Shown: positions 1 to 9,029 of the stretch, piece by piece
How the letters are laid out: each line of letters begins with the position of its first letter
How positions within the stretch are numbered: position 1 is the stretch's first letter
From: Candidatus Electrothrix sp. GW3-4
GTDB taxonomy: Bacteria; Desulfobacterota; Desulfobulbia; Desulfobulbales; Desulfobulbaceae
Assembly: GCF_037902255.1 (NCBI RefSeq)
Contig: NZ_CP147990.1
Span: 3,360,001 to 3,392,000 of the forward strand
DNA length: 32,000 nucleotides
Direction of reading: 5' to 3'
Notes under the pieces: model-generated
Database searches by the model: none
What the model was told of the DNA's origin: nothing
Seen by the model: only the letters and a program-made list of their open reading frames with translations
Position numbers and translations under genes: made by a program

Positions 1-314
1 GTTCTCCCTGTCCAACGGATGATCAGCGATGATCAGAAAATCCCGGTCAGAGTCTTGCCGGGTTGCATTGGCGGACAGGGGAACCGTGCAGAATGACTTT
101 CGCATCAGGCAGCAGACGTGTACTTCTTCCCGCACCTGATGCAGGAACTTGACCGGATTAACCAAATAAGTTACCATAAGGATATGAAAAAATGCCCCGC
201 ATATAAGATGAAACCGGAGAAGAACGTCATGGTTACAGTGTGCAGACAGGAAATCGCGGAATGGCTTCTGATGGAATACCATGCCGCTCTGCATACAGTC
301 TGCGAGGAAATGAA

Positions 315-611
315 ATGAAAACCGATCTTCCTGCAATCAGAAAAAAATTGGCACAGCGTCTTCCCTTGCTGACAGCGCAATACAAAATTAAATCGCTGGC
401 GCTGTTCGGTTCTTACGTCCGCCACGAGCAGAACGATGCCAGCGACTTGGATATCCTGATAGAATATCAGGAAATTCCTGACCTGATCAGCTATATCGAG
501 CTTGAAAACAGTATGTCCGATCTTCTGGGCATCAAGGTCGATCTGGTTATGAAAGACGACCTGAAACCGAGAATTGCCAAGCGCATCCTGGCGGAAGCAG
601 TGCAGGTATGA
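315..611 (+). CDS. mntA: MNT-type minimal nucleotidyltransferase, antitoxin partner of HepT (type VII TA family)
   Basis: The translation carries the nucleotidyltransferase signature LFGSYVRHEQNDASDLDILIEY (GS...SDxDxL). It is about 98 aa from the ATG at 315. The ORF track opens at 240, but family length favours 315. Its stop overlaps the next ORF's start by 4 nt (ATGA, 608-611), the usual TA-pair coupling. Confidence 0.85.
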   Translation: MKTDLPAIRKKLAQRLPLLTAQYKIKSLALFGSYVRHEQNDASDLDILIEYQEIPDLISYIELENSMSDLLGIKVDLVMKDDLKPRIAKRILAEAVQV

Positions 612-785
612 AGAAAAGCCGGTATTACGAGGATTACCTTGAAGATATTGTTGAGCAAATAAGGTTAGTTCGACGTTTCATCAGCGGCATGACGTATGAG
701 CAGTTCAGTGCGGATGAGAAGACTGTCTATGCCGTGATTCGGGCTATTGAAATAATCGGCGAGGCGACAAAGAACATCCCGGAGC
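608..785 (+). pseudogene. hepT: HepT (DUF86) toxin gene, 3' end removed by IS insertion
   Basis: The N-terminal about 59 codons (MKKSRYYEDYLEDIVEQI...RAIEIIGEATKNIPE) match the DUF86/HepT layout. The reading frame then runs straight into the IS terminal repeat (GTAACCGTTCA at 786), before the family's RX4HXY catalytic motif appears. The 116-aa ORF in the track (608..958) is a HepT-IS read-through. Confidence 0.8.
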
Positions 786-813
786 GTAACCGTTCAGACC
801 TCTCTCATTTTTT

Positions 814-2202
814 TTACGCAGCAAGAGGCAGAGGAGGCACATCCAGACCCTGGCGCCGAGCCGTGATGACCTCAGCGAGATATTTCCACGGACAGGCGTT
901 GCGCTTCCTACACGTATCAATCACACTTGCAAGTATGGCGAACACACGACTGCCTTGATCATTACGGGTACCGTGGCTTAATTTGCGCGCAATAACCCAA
1001 TGACGTAGCGCTTGCTCCGCCTCATTATTGGTCAGGGGCCACGTCGGATTCGACAACACATGAAAAATAGTGTCCCAGTCGTTGAGAAATTCTCTGGCCA
1101 GCTCGCGTGTTTTTTTATGCGTTGAATCCCGATATTTCAGGCAGCATTCCTTGAATTCGGCCAGGAATTCTCTGTATATTGGCAAAAGGTCCGTGGGCGG
1201 CCCCTCACGAGCCTTGTAAATCGCATCCATCAGCTCGGTGAGCACGTCGTGGGCCTCGGTGCCGAATGTACGGGGATCATCACTCAAGCTCTGTTTCAAA
1301 CCTTTTGTCTTGCGCAGTAAATGCGCCCAGCAACGGAGCCTGTTGAGGAATTTACGATAGGCCTTGTAGCCGTCGGTCATCAGCAACCCCTTAAAGGTTT
1401 GCCCGAGCACATAATCAAGTACTTTCTGGCTGCGAAAGCCAATGATGTAAAAGGTGACTTTCAGCGAGGTAAAAACCCATAACCACTGTTTCTTGCCCCA
1501 CTCCTTCCAGGATGTCTCATCCACGAACAGGATCAGTGATTCACGCACCTCCTCAAGAAACTCATCGGTAAGGGGAGAAGCGGCGCGGCCAGCTTCATGG
1601 ATACATTGATTGATCGTACCGATGCCCAAATCCAATCGCAGCCAATCACGCAAAAACTCCCGGATGCGGCGGCGAGAGAGGCGCATGCGCTTGGAGAGGC
1701 ACACGATCAGAGCGACTAATGTCGGGCCGACCATGTGCCATTGGCTTATTTCAACCCCCCAGTCTTCGTTTTTTTCGAGACGATGGGGCATAAGCCGATT
1801 GACATGACCACAGCCGCCGCACGTCGTGTCTCCGTAGATATGCTTGGTGTTGATCACCTCTATTCCCGGGCCGGTGTCATCGCCTACCTCAATATCAACG
1901 ACATAATGACCTGTGCGAGCGGTGAAGTCGCATGTTTCGTCCAGCTCAAGGTTACAAGCCAAGCAGGTGTCTGCTTTGTGAATGATGGTGTCGTGTACGG
2001 GAAGTTTTTGCGTTCGACCATGCCCGGTGGCACCGGGTTGCTTGCCGGGTTTGTTGCCCTTGGGGCGATCATCAATATTTTTGGGGGAATCCTGCTGGTC
2101 GGACTTGTCCGCATCTTCATCATGCTCGACGGACTCCTCGTCAGAATCGTCGAGTTCTATGTGCGTGGCTTCAACTTGCTCTTCATCCGGTTCCTCCTCG
2201 TC
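814..2202 (-). pseudogene. IS66-family DDE transposase of copy A, C-terminal 462 codons
   Basis: IS66-type motifs are present: a Cys-rich zinc region (CLACN...CGGCGH), DETSW, MTDGYKAY, RCWAHLLRK and NNEAEQALRHWVIARK. The first 15 codons of the 477-aa track ORF (MSSSFLCGMRGVNGY) are read-through into copy B's terminal repeat, not transposase. Confidence 0.9.
2195..2202. repeat. Target-site duplication (left copy) of IS copy B: TCCTCGTC
   Basis: This 8-mer lies immediately outside the left terminal repeat and is identical to 3935..3942. Confidence 0.9.
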
Positions 2203-3934
2203 GTAACCGTTCACCCCCCTCATTCCACACAAAAAAGAACTGGACAAAAAAGAGGATCACGATAGTTTAACGGTCACAACGTTTTTTACGAGATCTATCC
2301 ACGTTCTGAGTTCGCATGCATCTATCCAGAGAAGAGTTGCTAAAAATAGATAAGCAGTTTATTGACTCCTTGCCCGGTAAGAGTGCAAAGGAGCTGTGCC
2401 TGCTCGCACTTGATGACCTCAAAGAACTTCACTGAACGGCTGGGTCAAAATTCCGAAAACAGCTCCATGCCTCCCAGCTCAAATTTCCCCTGGGCCCGGT
2501 TTGATGCCGACGCTCAAGCCGACGAGGAGGAACCGGATGAAGAGCAAGTCGAAGCCACGCACATAGAACTCGACGATTCTGACGAGGAGTCCGTCGAGCA
2601 TGATGAAGATGCGGACAAGTCCGACCAGCAGGATTCCCCCAAAAATATTGATGATCGCCCCAAGGGCAACAAACCCGGCAAGCAACCCGGCACCACCGGG
2701 CATGGTCGAACGCAAAAACTTCCCGTACACGACACCATCATTCACAAAGCAGACACCTGCTTGGCTTGTAACCTTGAGCTGGACGAAACATGCGACTTCA
2801 TCGCTCGCACCGGTCATTATGTCGTTGATATTGAGGTGGGCGATGCCACCGGCCCGGGAATAGAGGTGATCAACACCAAGCATATCTACGGAGACACGAC
2901 GTGCGGCGGCTGTGGTCATGTCAATCGGCTTATGCCCCATCGTCTCGAAAAAACGAAGACTGGGGGTTGAAATAAGCCAATGGCACATGGTCGGCCCAAA
3001 ATTGACCGCTCTGATCGTGTGCCTCTCCAAGCGCATGCGCCTTTCTCGCCGCCGCATCCGGGAATTTCTGCAAGATTGGCTGCGATTGGATTTGGGCATC
3101 GGCACGATCAATCAATGTATCCATGAAGCTGGCCGCGCCGTTTCTCCCCTTACCGAGGAGTTTCTTGAGGAGGTGCGTGAATCACTGATCTTGTTCGTGG
3201 ATGAGACATCCTGGAAGGAGTGGGGCAAGAAACAGTGGTTATGGGTCTTTACCTCGCTGAAAGTCACCTTTTACATCATTGGCTTTCGCAGCCGGAAAGT
3301 ACTTGATTATGTGCTGGGCCAAACCTTTAAGGGGTTGCTGATGACCGACGGCTACAAGGCCTATCGTACATTCCTCAACAGGCTCCGCTGCTGGGCGCAT
3401 TTACTGCGCAAGACAAAAGGCTTGAAACAGAGCTTGAGCGATGATCCCCGCACATTCGGCACCGAGGCCCACGAGGTGCTCACCGAGTTGATGGATGTAA
3501 TTTACAAGGCTCGCGAGGGACCACCCACGGACCTTTTGCCAGTATACAGAGAATTCCTGGGCGAATTTAAGGAATGCTGCATGAAATATCGGGATTCAAC
3601 GCATAAAAAACACGCGAGCTGGCCAGAGAATTTCTCAACGACTGGGACACTATTTTTCATGTGTTGTCGAATCCGACGTGGCCCCTGACCAATAATGAGG
3701 CGGAGCAAGCGCTACGTCATTGGGTTATTGCGCGCAAACTAAGCCACGGTACCCGTAATGATCAAGGCAGTCGTGTGTTCGCCATACTTGCAAGTGTGAT
3801 TGATACGTGTAGGAAGCGCAACGCCTGTCCGTGGAAATATCTCGCCGAGGTTATCACGGCTCGGCGTCAGGGGCTGGATGTACCTCCTCTGCCTCTTGCT
3901 GCGTAAAAAAAATGAGAGGGGTCTGAACGGTTAC
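2203..3934 (+). mobile_element. IS66-family element, copy B, nested inside copy A in opposite orientation
   Basis: 1732 bp. The left end is GTAACCGTTCACCCCCCTCATT (2203->) and the right end is ...AATGAGAGGGGTCTGAACGGTTAC (->3934). It is flanked by the identical 8-mer TCCTCGTC on both sides. Apart from scattered substitutions and four 1-bp indels it is colinear with copy A. Confidence 0.92.
2316..3906 (+). pseudogene. IS66-family transposase of copy B, broken by four single-base indels
   Basis: The reading frame moves 0->1->2->1. Relative to copy A there is an extra C near 2430-2432 that creates TGA at 2433; an A6 run (2948-2953) versus 7 in copy A; a G5 run (2962-2966) versus 6; and an A6 run (3605-3610) versus 7. 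Track ORFs 2362..2970, 2912..3688 and 3661..3906 are the pieces. Confidence 0.9.
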
Positions 3935-3942
3935 TCCTCGTC
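3935..3942. repeat. Target-site duplication (right copy) of IS copy B: TCCTCGTC
   Basis: This 8-mer lies immediately outside the right terminal repeat and is identical to 2195..2202. An 8-bp duplication is what I recall for the IS66 family. Confidence 0.9.
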
Positions 3943-4146
3943 GGCTTGACCGTCGGGATCGAACCGGGCCCAGGGAAAGTTTGAGCTGGGAGGCATGGAG
4001 CTGTTTTCGGAATTTTGACCCATCCGTTCATGAAGTTCTTTGAGGTCATCAAGAAAGAGCAGGCACAGCTCCTTTGCATTCTTACCGGGCAAGGTGTCAA
4101 TAAACTGCTTATCTATTTTTAGCAACTCTTCTCTGGACAGGTGCAT
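3935..4146 (-). pseudogene. IS66-family transposase of copy A, N-terminal fragment
   Basis: MHLSREELLKIDKQFIDTLPGK...FDPDGQADEE then hits a stop created by copy B's end. It joins in frame to 2202 (..QADEE|EPDEEQVEATH) once copy B and one TSD copy are removed. Copy B shows the same junction sequence uninterrupted (QADEEEPDEEQ). Confidence 0.9.
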
Positions 4147-4734
4147 GCGAACTCAGAACGTGGATAGATCTCGTAAAAAACGTTGTGACCGTTAAACTAT
4201 CGTGATCCTCTTTTTTGTCCAGTTCTTTTTTGTGTGGAATGAGGGGGGTGAACGGTTACCTATGCAGGGGTACTTTTCAACACCCTTACCTTCCCTTGAT
4301 GCTTACAAAAAAACAAGTATTCTGGATTTTACTATTTACAGTTCAGGAGCATTGCCTGTACCTTATAAACTGTTTTAAAATCTTCCGTTTCAGAAAAAGG
4401 GTGGTCGCCAAAGCCGATCAAGCTTCCCATCTTTCATGTTTTGTTGTCGTGGCTTGTCGGGCTGAGATTATATGTGAACAGAACGGGCAAAAAACACATC
4501 TCAATCTATAAAAAAAATCGGCGGACAATCAGTCGAGACTTGACACTTATAGAATTACTGGTACGGTAAGATCCCGGAATACAAATTGATCCGAGAGGAA
4601 ATCTTATTCAATTTTTCATCACTTTAAAAAAATAGTTAGGGACGTGCATAAATAATTTTGTTTCTCAGGGCCACGAAAAAATCTCTAACTGAATAACGCT
4701 GTTGTGATTCGGTATAAAAACAGGGAGATACAGA

Positions 4735-5916
4735 ATGGACCGAATATTCCACGCCGTTGTTTTAAATCTTCACCAGCCTTCTGGAAACCTCCAACACCTG
4801 TTTGATCACAACAAATGGGAAGCAAAAGAAATTCTTTTCTCTCTGGACAGGATTCCCCGCTCGCTCTGGCAAGACAGCGATATAGCCAGAGTCCATCTAT
4901 CGTTATCCGGTACGCTCCTTGAGACCTTGGCAGATCCAGGATTCCAGGCTGCAGCCTATGGTACCATTGACTGTGGCTCCTTCCTCTGGCATCTGCAGAA
5001 TGAGCAGATTTTTGAGATTCTCGGCACTGCCTATTACCATCCCGTACTCCCTCTTATACCGGCAGCAGACCGGGAGGAACAGATCAAACGTTGGCTCGGC
5101 AGAGGACAACATCTCTTCTGGCGCCATCATTTTAATGGATTCTGGCCACCGGAAATGGGATTTTCCATGGAGCTCATTCCCCTGCTCAAGCGGTATGGTT
5201 ATAAGTATGTTTTGATCGACAGCGAGAATATCAGGCCTGTTGACCCCATGAGCTGGCAGGAACTGCGCTACCGACCTCACCTCGCCAGGTATGGTGAGGA
5301 CGAAATCATTGTCATTGTCCGTGACCGGGACTTATCAAATGCCCAGGAAAGCGGCATGGATTATGGTTGGTTTTACCGCGAGGTGCAGGAACGGACCAAT
5401 GGGTGTGCTTTTCCACCTCTGGTGACAACATGCACAGATGGCGACAACGGCGGCTGGTTCCGCAATACCAATCCGCAGGCAAATTTCTGGGGCTCTTTTT
5501 ATCCGGAACTTCTGGCCCATGCCCGGGCAGGAACAGGAAATATCCAGCCAGGTTTCATCACTGATTATCTTCATCAGTACGGCGCGCACGGTTACGTCGA
5601 GGTTGAAACAGCAGCCTGGAATACCGGTTGGCACCATGGCAGGGGCTTTGTCCAATGGACAGGATCACAGGCCCAAAAAGACGCCATCGGCAGAGTCGAG
5701 CTGACAAGTGCCGCAATACATCAAACGGCCAGGGAACTGGCAGCAGCGAAGACACCTGACCATCACCCTGCCTGCTCTGAGCTCGAAAACTCGCTCTGGC
5801 ATATGCTTCGTGCTGAAACCAGCTGTAATTTTTTCTGGGGTGAGGACTGGGTCCATAAATGCCATGCAGACCTTGACACGGCATGGTCATATCTGCACAG
5901 GGTCAGGCAAGGATAG
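4735..5916 (+). CDS. Glycoside hydrolase family 57 protein (short, 393 aa)
   Basis: GH57 conserved regions are readable: LHQPSGN, GTAYYHPVLPLIP, FWPPEMGFS (nucleophile Glu region), CTDGDNGGW (acid/base Asp region) and ETSCNFFWGEDW. There is an AGGGAGA Shine-Dalgarno ahead of the ATG. Confidence 0.85.
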   Translation: MDRIFHAVVLNLHQPSGNLQHLFDHNKWEAKEILFSLDRIPRSLWQDSDIARVHLSLSGTLLETLADPGFQAAAYGTIDCGSFLWHLQNEQIFEILGTAYYHPVLPLIPAADREEQIKRWLGRGQHLFWRHHFNGFWPPEMGFSMELIPLLKRYGYKYVLIDSENIRPVDPMSWQELRYRPHLARYGEDEIIVIVRDRDLSNAQESGMDYGWFYREVQERTNGCAFPPLVTTCTDGDNGGWFRNTNPQANFWGSFYPELLAHARAGTGNIQPGFITDYLHQYGAHGYVEVETAAWNTGWHHGRGFVQWTGSQAQKDAIGRVELTSAAIHQTARELAAAKTPDHHPACSELENSLWHMLRAETSCNFFWGEDWVHKCHADLDTAWSYLHRVRQG

Positions 5917-6080
5917 GCAAGAGGTTTCTTTGCTGGCAAGCTGTCTGTTCAACGGTCTGTTTAGAGAACTTCATTCCACTACCCCCATCCCGGTGGGCCG
6001 GGACAACGAAATATAAACGGCCTGTAGTAAGATCACGTTCCCGGGACTTTCATATAAACTCTCTCAAGCGAGTGTGAATC

Positions 6081-7553
6081 ATGTATATAGTAATGGTCTC
6101 TTCAGAATGTGCGCCGGTTGCCAAAGTCGGAGGCCTGGCTGATGTCGTCTTCGGGTTAAGCAGGGAATTGTCCCTTCGCGGTAATGCAGTGGAGATCATT
6201 CTGCCGAAATATGACTGCATGCGCTACGATCATATCTGGGGACTGCAGGTAACCTACCCCGACCTGTGGGTGCCCTGGTTTAACTATTCCGTTCACTGTA
6301 CCGTCTATTTTGGCTTTGTCCATGGGCTGAAATGTTTTTTCATCGAACCACATTCAGAGGATAATTTTTTCAATCGGGGCGCCTATTACGGTTTTCCAGA
6401 TGAAGCCCTGCGCATGGCCTTTTTTACCAAGGCGAGCATGGAGTTTCTGCTGAAGACGAACAAACGGCCTGACATCATCCATTCCCATGACTGGCAAACC
6501 GCGTTAAGCCCGGTCCTGCTCTATGAACTCTACAGACATAAGGGTATGGACAACTGCCGGGCCATGCATACCATTCATAACTTCAAACACCAGGGGGTAG
6601 CCGGTGAAAATATTCTCTGGTTTACCGGCCTGGGGAGGCCAGACTATTATTATGATCTGGCACGACTCAAAGATGATTTCAATCCGAGCGCGATCAATTT
6701 CACCAAAGGGGCCATCGTCTATGCCAATTTTACCTCCACGGTCTCACCAAGATACGCCTGGGAGGTCAAGCACACCGACCAGGGCTATGGCCTGGGACAC
6801 ATCCTGCATGTCCATCAGCAGAAGTTTGGCGGTATCCTGAACGGCCTTGACTACGATATGTGGAATCCAGAAACAGATCCACATATTCCGGCACCCTACC
6901 AAAGCAAGACCATTGAAAAAAAATATCGCAACAAAGAGGAACTGCGGGAACGACTGTGGTTGGCCAAATCATACAAACCGCTGATCGCCTATGTCGGCCG
7001 GCTCGACGGCCAAAAAGGCGTCCACCTGATCAGGCACGCCCTGCTCTATGCCATCAATCATGGTGCCCAGTTTGTCCTGCTTGGCTCCAGTCCTGAAGCC
7101 GGTATCAACAACGAGTTCTGGGACCTCAAACACGCCCTCAACGATAACCCTGACTGTCATCTTGAGATCGGCTATAACGAAGAACTCGCCCACCTCATCT
7201 ATGCTGGGGCCGATATGATCGTGGTCCCCAGTATCTTTGAACCCTGCGGTCTGACCCAGGTCATTGCCCTGCGTTACGGCACTGTTCCCATTGTCAGAGC
7301 AGTTGGCGGGCTGATGGATACGGTTTTTGACCGTGACTATTCAAACAAACCTGAAGAAGAACGCAATGGCTATGTCTTCCATGAGGCCGATTTTCAAGGC
7401 ATAGAATCGGCACTTTCCCGTGCCATCGGGCTCTGGAACCATTACCCGGAAGAGTTCAACAAACTGATGTTGCATGGTCTTGCGTATGATTATTCCTGGA
7501 ATAATCCTGGCCAGGACTACCTGAATGTCTATGAATGGATTCGTCATAAATAA
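6081..7553 (+). CDS. glgA: Glycogen (starch) synthase, GT5
   Basis: The N-terminus MVSSECAPVAKVGGLADVV is the classic GlgA K-x-GGL motif. Length is 490 aa, and the C-terminal half has FEPCGLTQ and YGTVPIVRAVGGLMDTV. Confidence 0.93.
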   Translation: MYIVMVSSECAPVAKVGGLADVVFGLSRELSLRGNAVEIILPKYDCMRYDHIWGLQVTYPDLWVPWFNYSVHCTVYFGFVHGLKCFFIEPHSEDNFFNRGAYYGFPDEALRMAFFTKASMEFLLKTNKRPDIIHSHDWQTALSPVLLYELYRHKGMDNCRAMHTIHNFKHQGVAGENILWFTGLGRPDYYYDLARLKDDFNPSAINFTKGAIVYANFTSTVSPRYAWEVKHTDQGYGLGHILHVHQQKFGGILNGLDYDMWNPETDPHIPAPYQSKTIEKKYRNKEELRERLWLAKSYKPLIAYVGRLDGQKGVHLIRHALLYAINHGAQFVLLGSSPEAGINNEFWDLKHALNDNPDCHLEIGYNEELAHLIYAGADMIVVPSIFEPCGLTQVIALRYGTVPIVRAVGGLMDTVFDRDYSNKPEEERNGYVFHEADFQGIESALSRAIGLWNHYPEEFNKLMLHGLAYDYSWNNPGQDYLNVYEWIRHK

Positions 7554-7565
7554 GAGGAAAAAATC

Positions 7566-9029
7566 ATGAGAGATCTACCGGAATACATCGGTGAATGGCC
7601 CAATATCGCAGGTTCGGAACCCCTTATTGACGAGGTGATCAGTCAGGCGGCAGACAAGCCTGCTTATTTAGGAAAAACCAATATTGATTTCAAGGCGGTG
7701 AAGAGTGCCTATGCCATCGCTCTCCATATGCATCAACCGCTTATACCGGCAGGCGGGGATGACCTGCGCACGGCGGGTATCATCAGCAATCTCCAATACA
7801 TGATGGAACATCAGGGTGTTGGCGACAATCACAACGCCCCGGTGTTTCACCATTGCTACAAGAGGATGGGTGAATTTATCCCCCAGCTCGTCCATGAAGG
7901 CAAGGCCCCGCGGGTGATGCTTGAATATTCCGGCACCCTGTTGCACGGCCTGCGCAAGATGGGGCTTGATGATGTTTTTGACAGCCTGAAAACCATTACC
8001 TGCAACCCTGAATATCAGCATTGTGTTGAATGGCTTGGTGCTCCGTGGGGGCATCCGGTTGCCCCATCAACGCCGGTGCAGGATTACCGTCTCCATATCA
8101 AGGCCTGGCAGCATCATTTTGCTGCCATTTTCGGCCTTGAGGCCCTGGAACGGGTGCGCGGCTTTTCTCCATCAGAAATGGCCTTGCCCAACCATCCTGA
8201 CCTTGCCTATGCATTTGTAAAATCCCTGCGTGATTGCGGCTATCAATGGGTTCTTGTCCAGGAGCATACTATTGAACTGCCTGAAACCGGCCTGGGGCCG
8301 GAACAAAAACATCTGCCCCATCGACTTGTCTGTACCAATTCGGCAGGTGAAACGGCGAGCATCATTGCCGTCATCAAAACCCAGGGAAGCGACACCAAAC
8401 TGGTCGCCCAAATGCAGCCCTATTATGAGGCCAAAGGGCTTTCGCACTGGCAACTGGCAGGCAAAGCAGTACCACCATTGGTCAGCCAGATAGCCGATGG
8501 CGAAAATGGCGGGGTGATGATGAATGAATTTCCTGACAAATATTTCGAGGCCGTGCGTGCATGTTCGGGTACCGACACCCCGATAATGAATGTGACCGAA
8601 TACCTCGAACACCTTTTTGCCCTGGGAATCAGCGGAAACGACCTGCCTGTGGTGCAGCCTTTGTTCCAAAAAACTATCTGGGATCAGTTCAACCCCGGCG
8701 ATGGACCGGAAAAATTAGAGAAAGTTATCAAAAAGCTCAAGAGCGAAAACCATCAATTCCACATGGACGGGGGAAGCTGGACCAATAATATTTCCTGGGT
8801 GCATGGTTATGAAGATGTGCTTGGCCCCATGGAGGAAGTAAGCGCCTTGTTTTTTGAGAAGATCATCAGCCCAGGGCTACCAACCAATGAAGACCGGTAC
8901 AGAAACGCATTGTTTCACCTGCTCAGTTCGCAGACCAGCTGTTACCGCTACTGGGGACAGGGCATCTGGCCTGATTATGGCAGGGAAATCTGTCGGCGCG
9001 TTCATGACATCCTTGTCTATGATTACTGA
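7566..9029 (+). CDS. Glycoside hydrolase family 57 protein (487 aa)
   Basis: GH57 regions are present: ALHMHQPLIP, SPSEMALPNH, IADGENGGVMMNEF and SSQTSCYRYWGQG. A good Shine-Dalgarno (AGAGGA) sits 12 nt after the glgA stop, so it is probably co-transcribed. Confidence 0.85.
   Translation: MRDLPEYIGEWPNIAGSEPLIDEVISQAADKPAYLGKTNIDFKAVKSAYAIALHMHQPLIPAGGDDLRTAGIISNLQYMMEHQGVGDNHNAPVFHHCYKRMGEFIPQLVHEGKAPRVMLEYSGTLLHGLRKMGLDDVFDSLKTITCNPEYQHCVEWLGAPWGHPVAPSTPVQDYRLHIKAWQHHFAAIFGLEALERVRGFSPSEMALPNHPDLAYAFVKSLRDCGYQWVLVQEHTIELPETGLGPEQKHLPHRLVCTNSAGETASIIAVIKTQGSDTKLVAQMQPYYEAKGLSHWQLAGKAVPPLVSQIADGENGGVMMNEFPDKYFEAVRACSGTDTPIMNVTEYLEHLFALGISGNDLPVVQPLFQKTIWDQFNPGDGPEKLEKVIKKLKSENHQFHMDGGSWTNNISWVHGYEDVLGPMEEVSALFFEKIISPGLPTNEDRYRNALFHLLSSQTSCYRYWGQGIWPDYGREICRRVHDILVYDY

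Larger units (their letters stand above)
786..4259 (-). mobile_element. IS66-family element, copy A (single-ORF type), itself interrupted by copy B
   Basis: The ends are GTAACCGTTCAGACCTCTCTCATT (786->) and the reverse complement of GTAACCGTTCACCCCCCTCATT (->4259), i.e. imperfect inverted repeats starting GTAA. Removing 2203..3942 (copy B plus one target duplication) gives a 1734-bp element encoding one uninterrupted 530-codon transposase. Confidence 0.9.

Noticed and set aside
118-318. A 66-aa ORF overlapping the mntA start by ATGA (..KKCPAYKMKPEKNVMVTVCRQEIAEWLLMEYHAALHTVCEEMK).
   Set aside because: It has a GTG start with no Shine-Dalgarno and no family resemblance. It could be a small accessory gene, but the sequence alone does not support a call. 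Likewise, 1-96 looks like the last 31 codons of an unidentifiable upstream gene.
814-2247. The 477-aa ORF, taken as an intact transposase gene.
   Set aside because: Its first 15 codons (MSSSFLCGMRGVNGY) are translated from the terminal repeat of the nested IS copy B. The true N-terminus (68 codons) lies at 3943-4146 on the other side of the insertion.
1735-3111. Long ORFs antisense to the transposases (1735..2265 +, 2479..3111 -, and the Ser/Cys-rich 74-75-aa ORFs).
   Set aside because: They are mirror images of each other only because the two IS copies are inverted. They have low-complexity composition and no start context, so they are shadow ORFs of the transposase frame.
4540-4572. A promoter for the glycogen cluster, based on a perfect TTGACA at 4540-4545.
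   Set aside because: No acceptable -10 hexamer lies at 16-18 nt spacing. TAAGAT is 21 nt away, and TAGAAT is too close. I left it uncalled.
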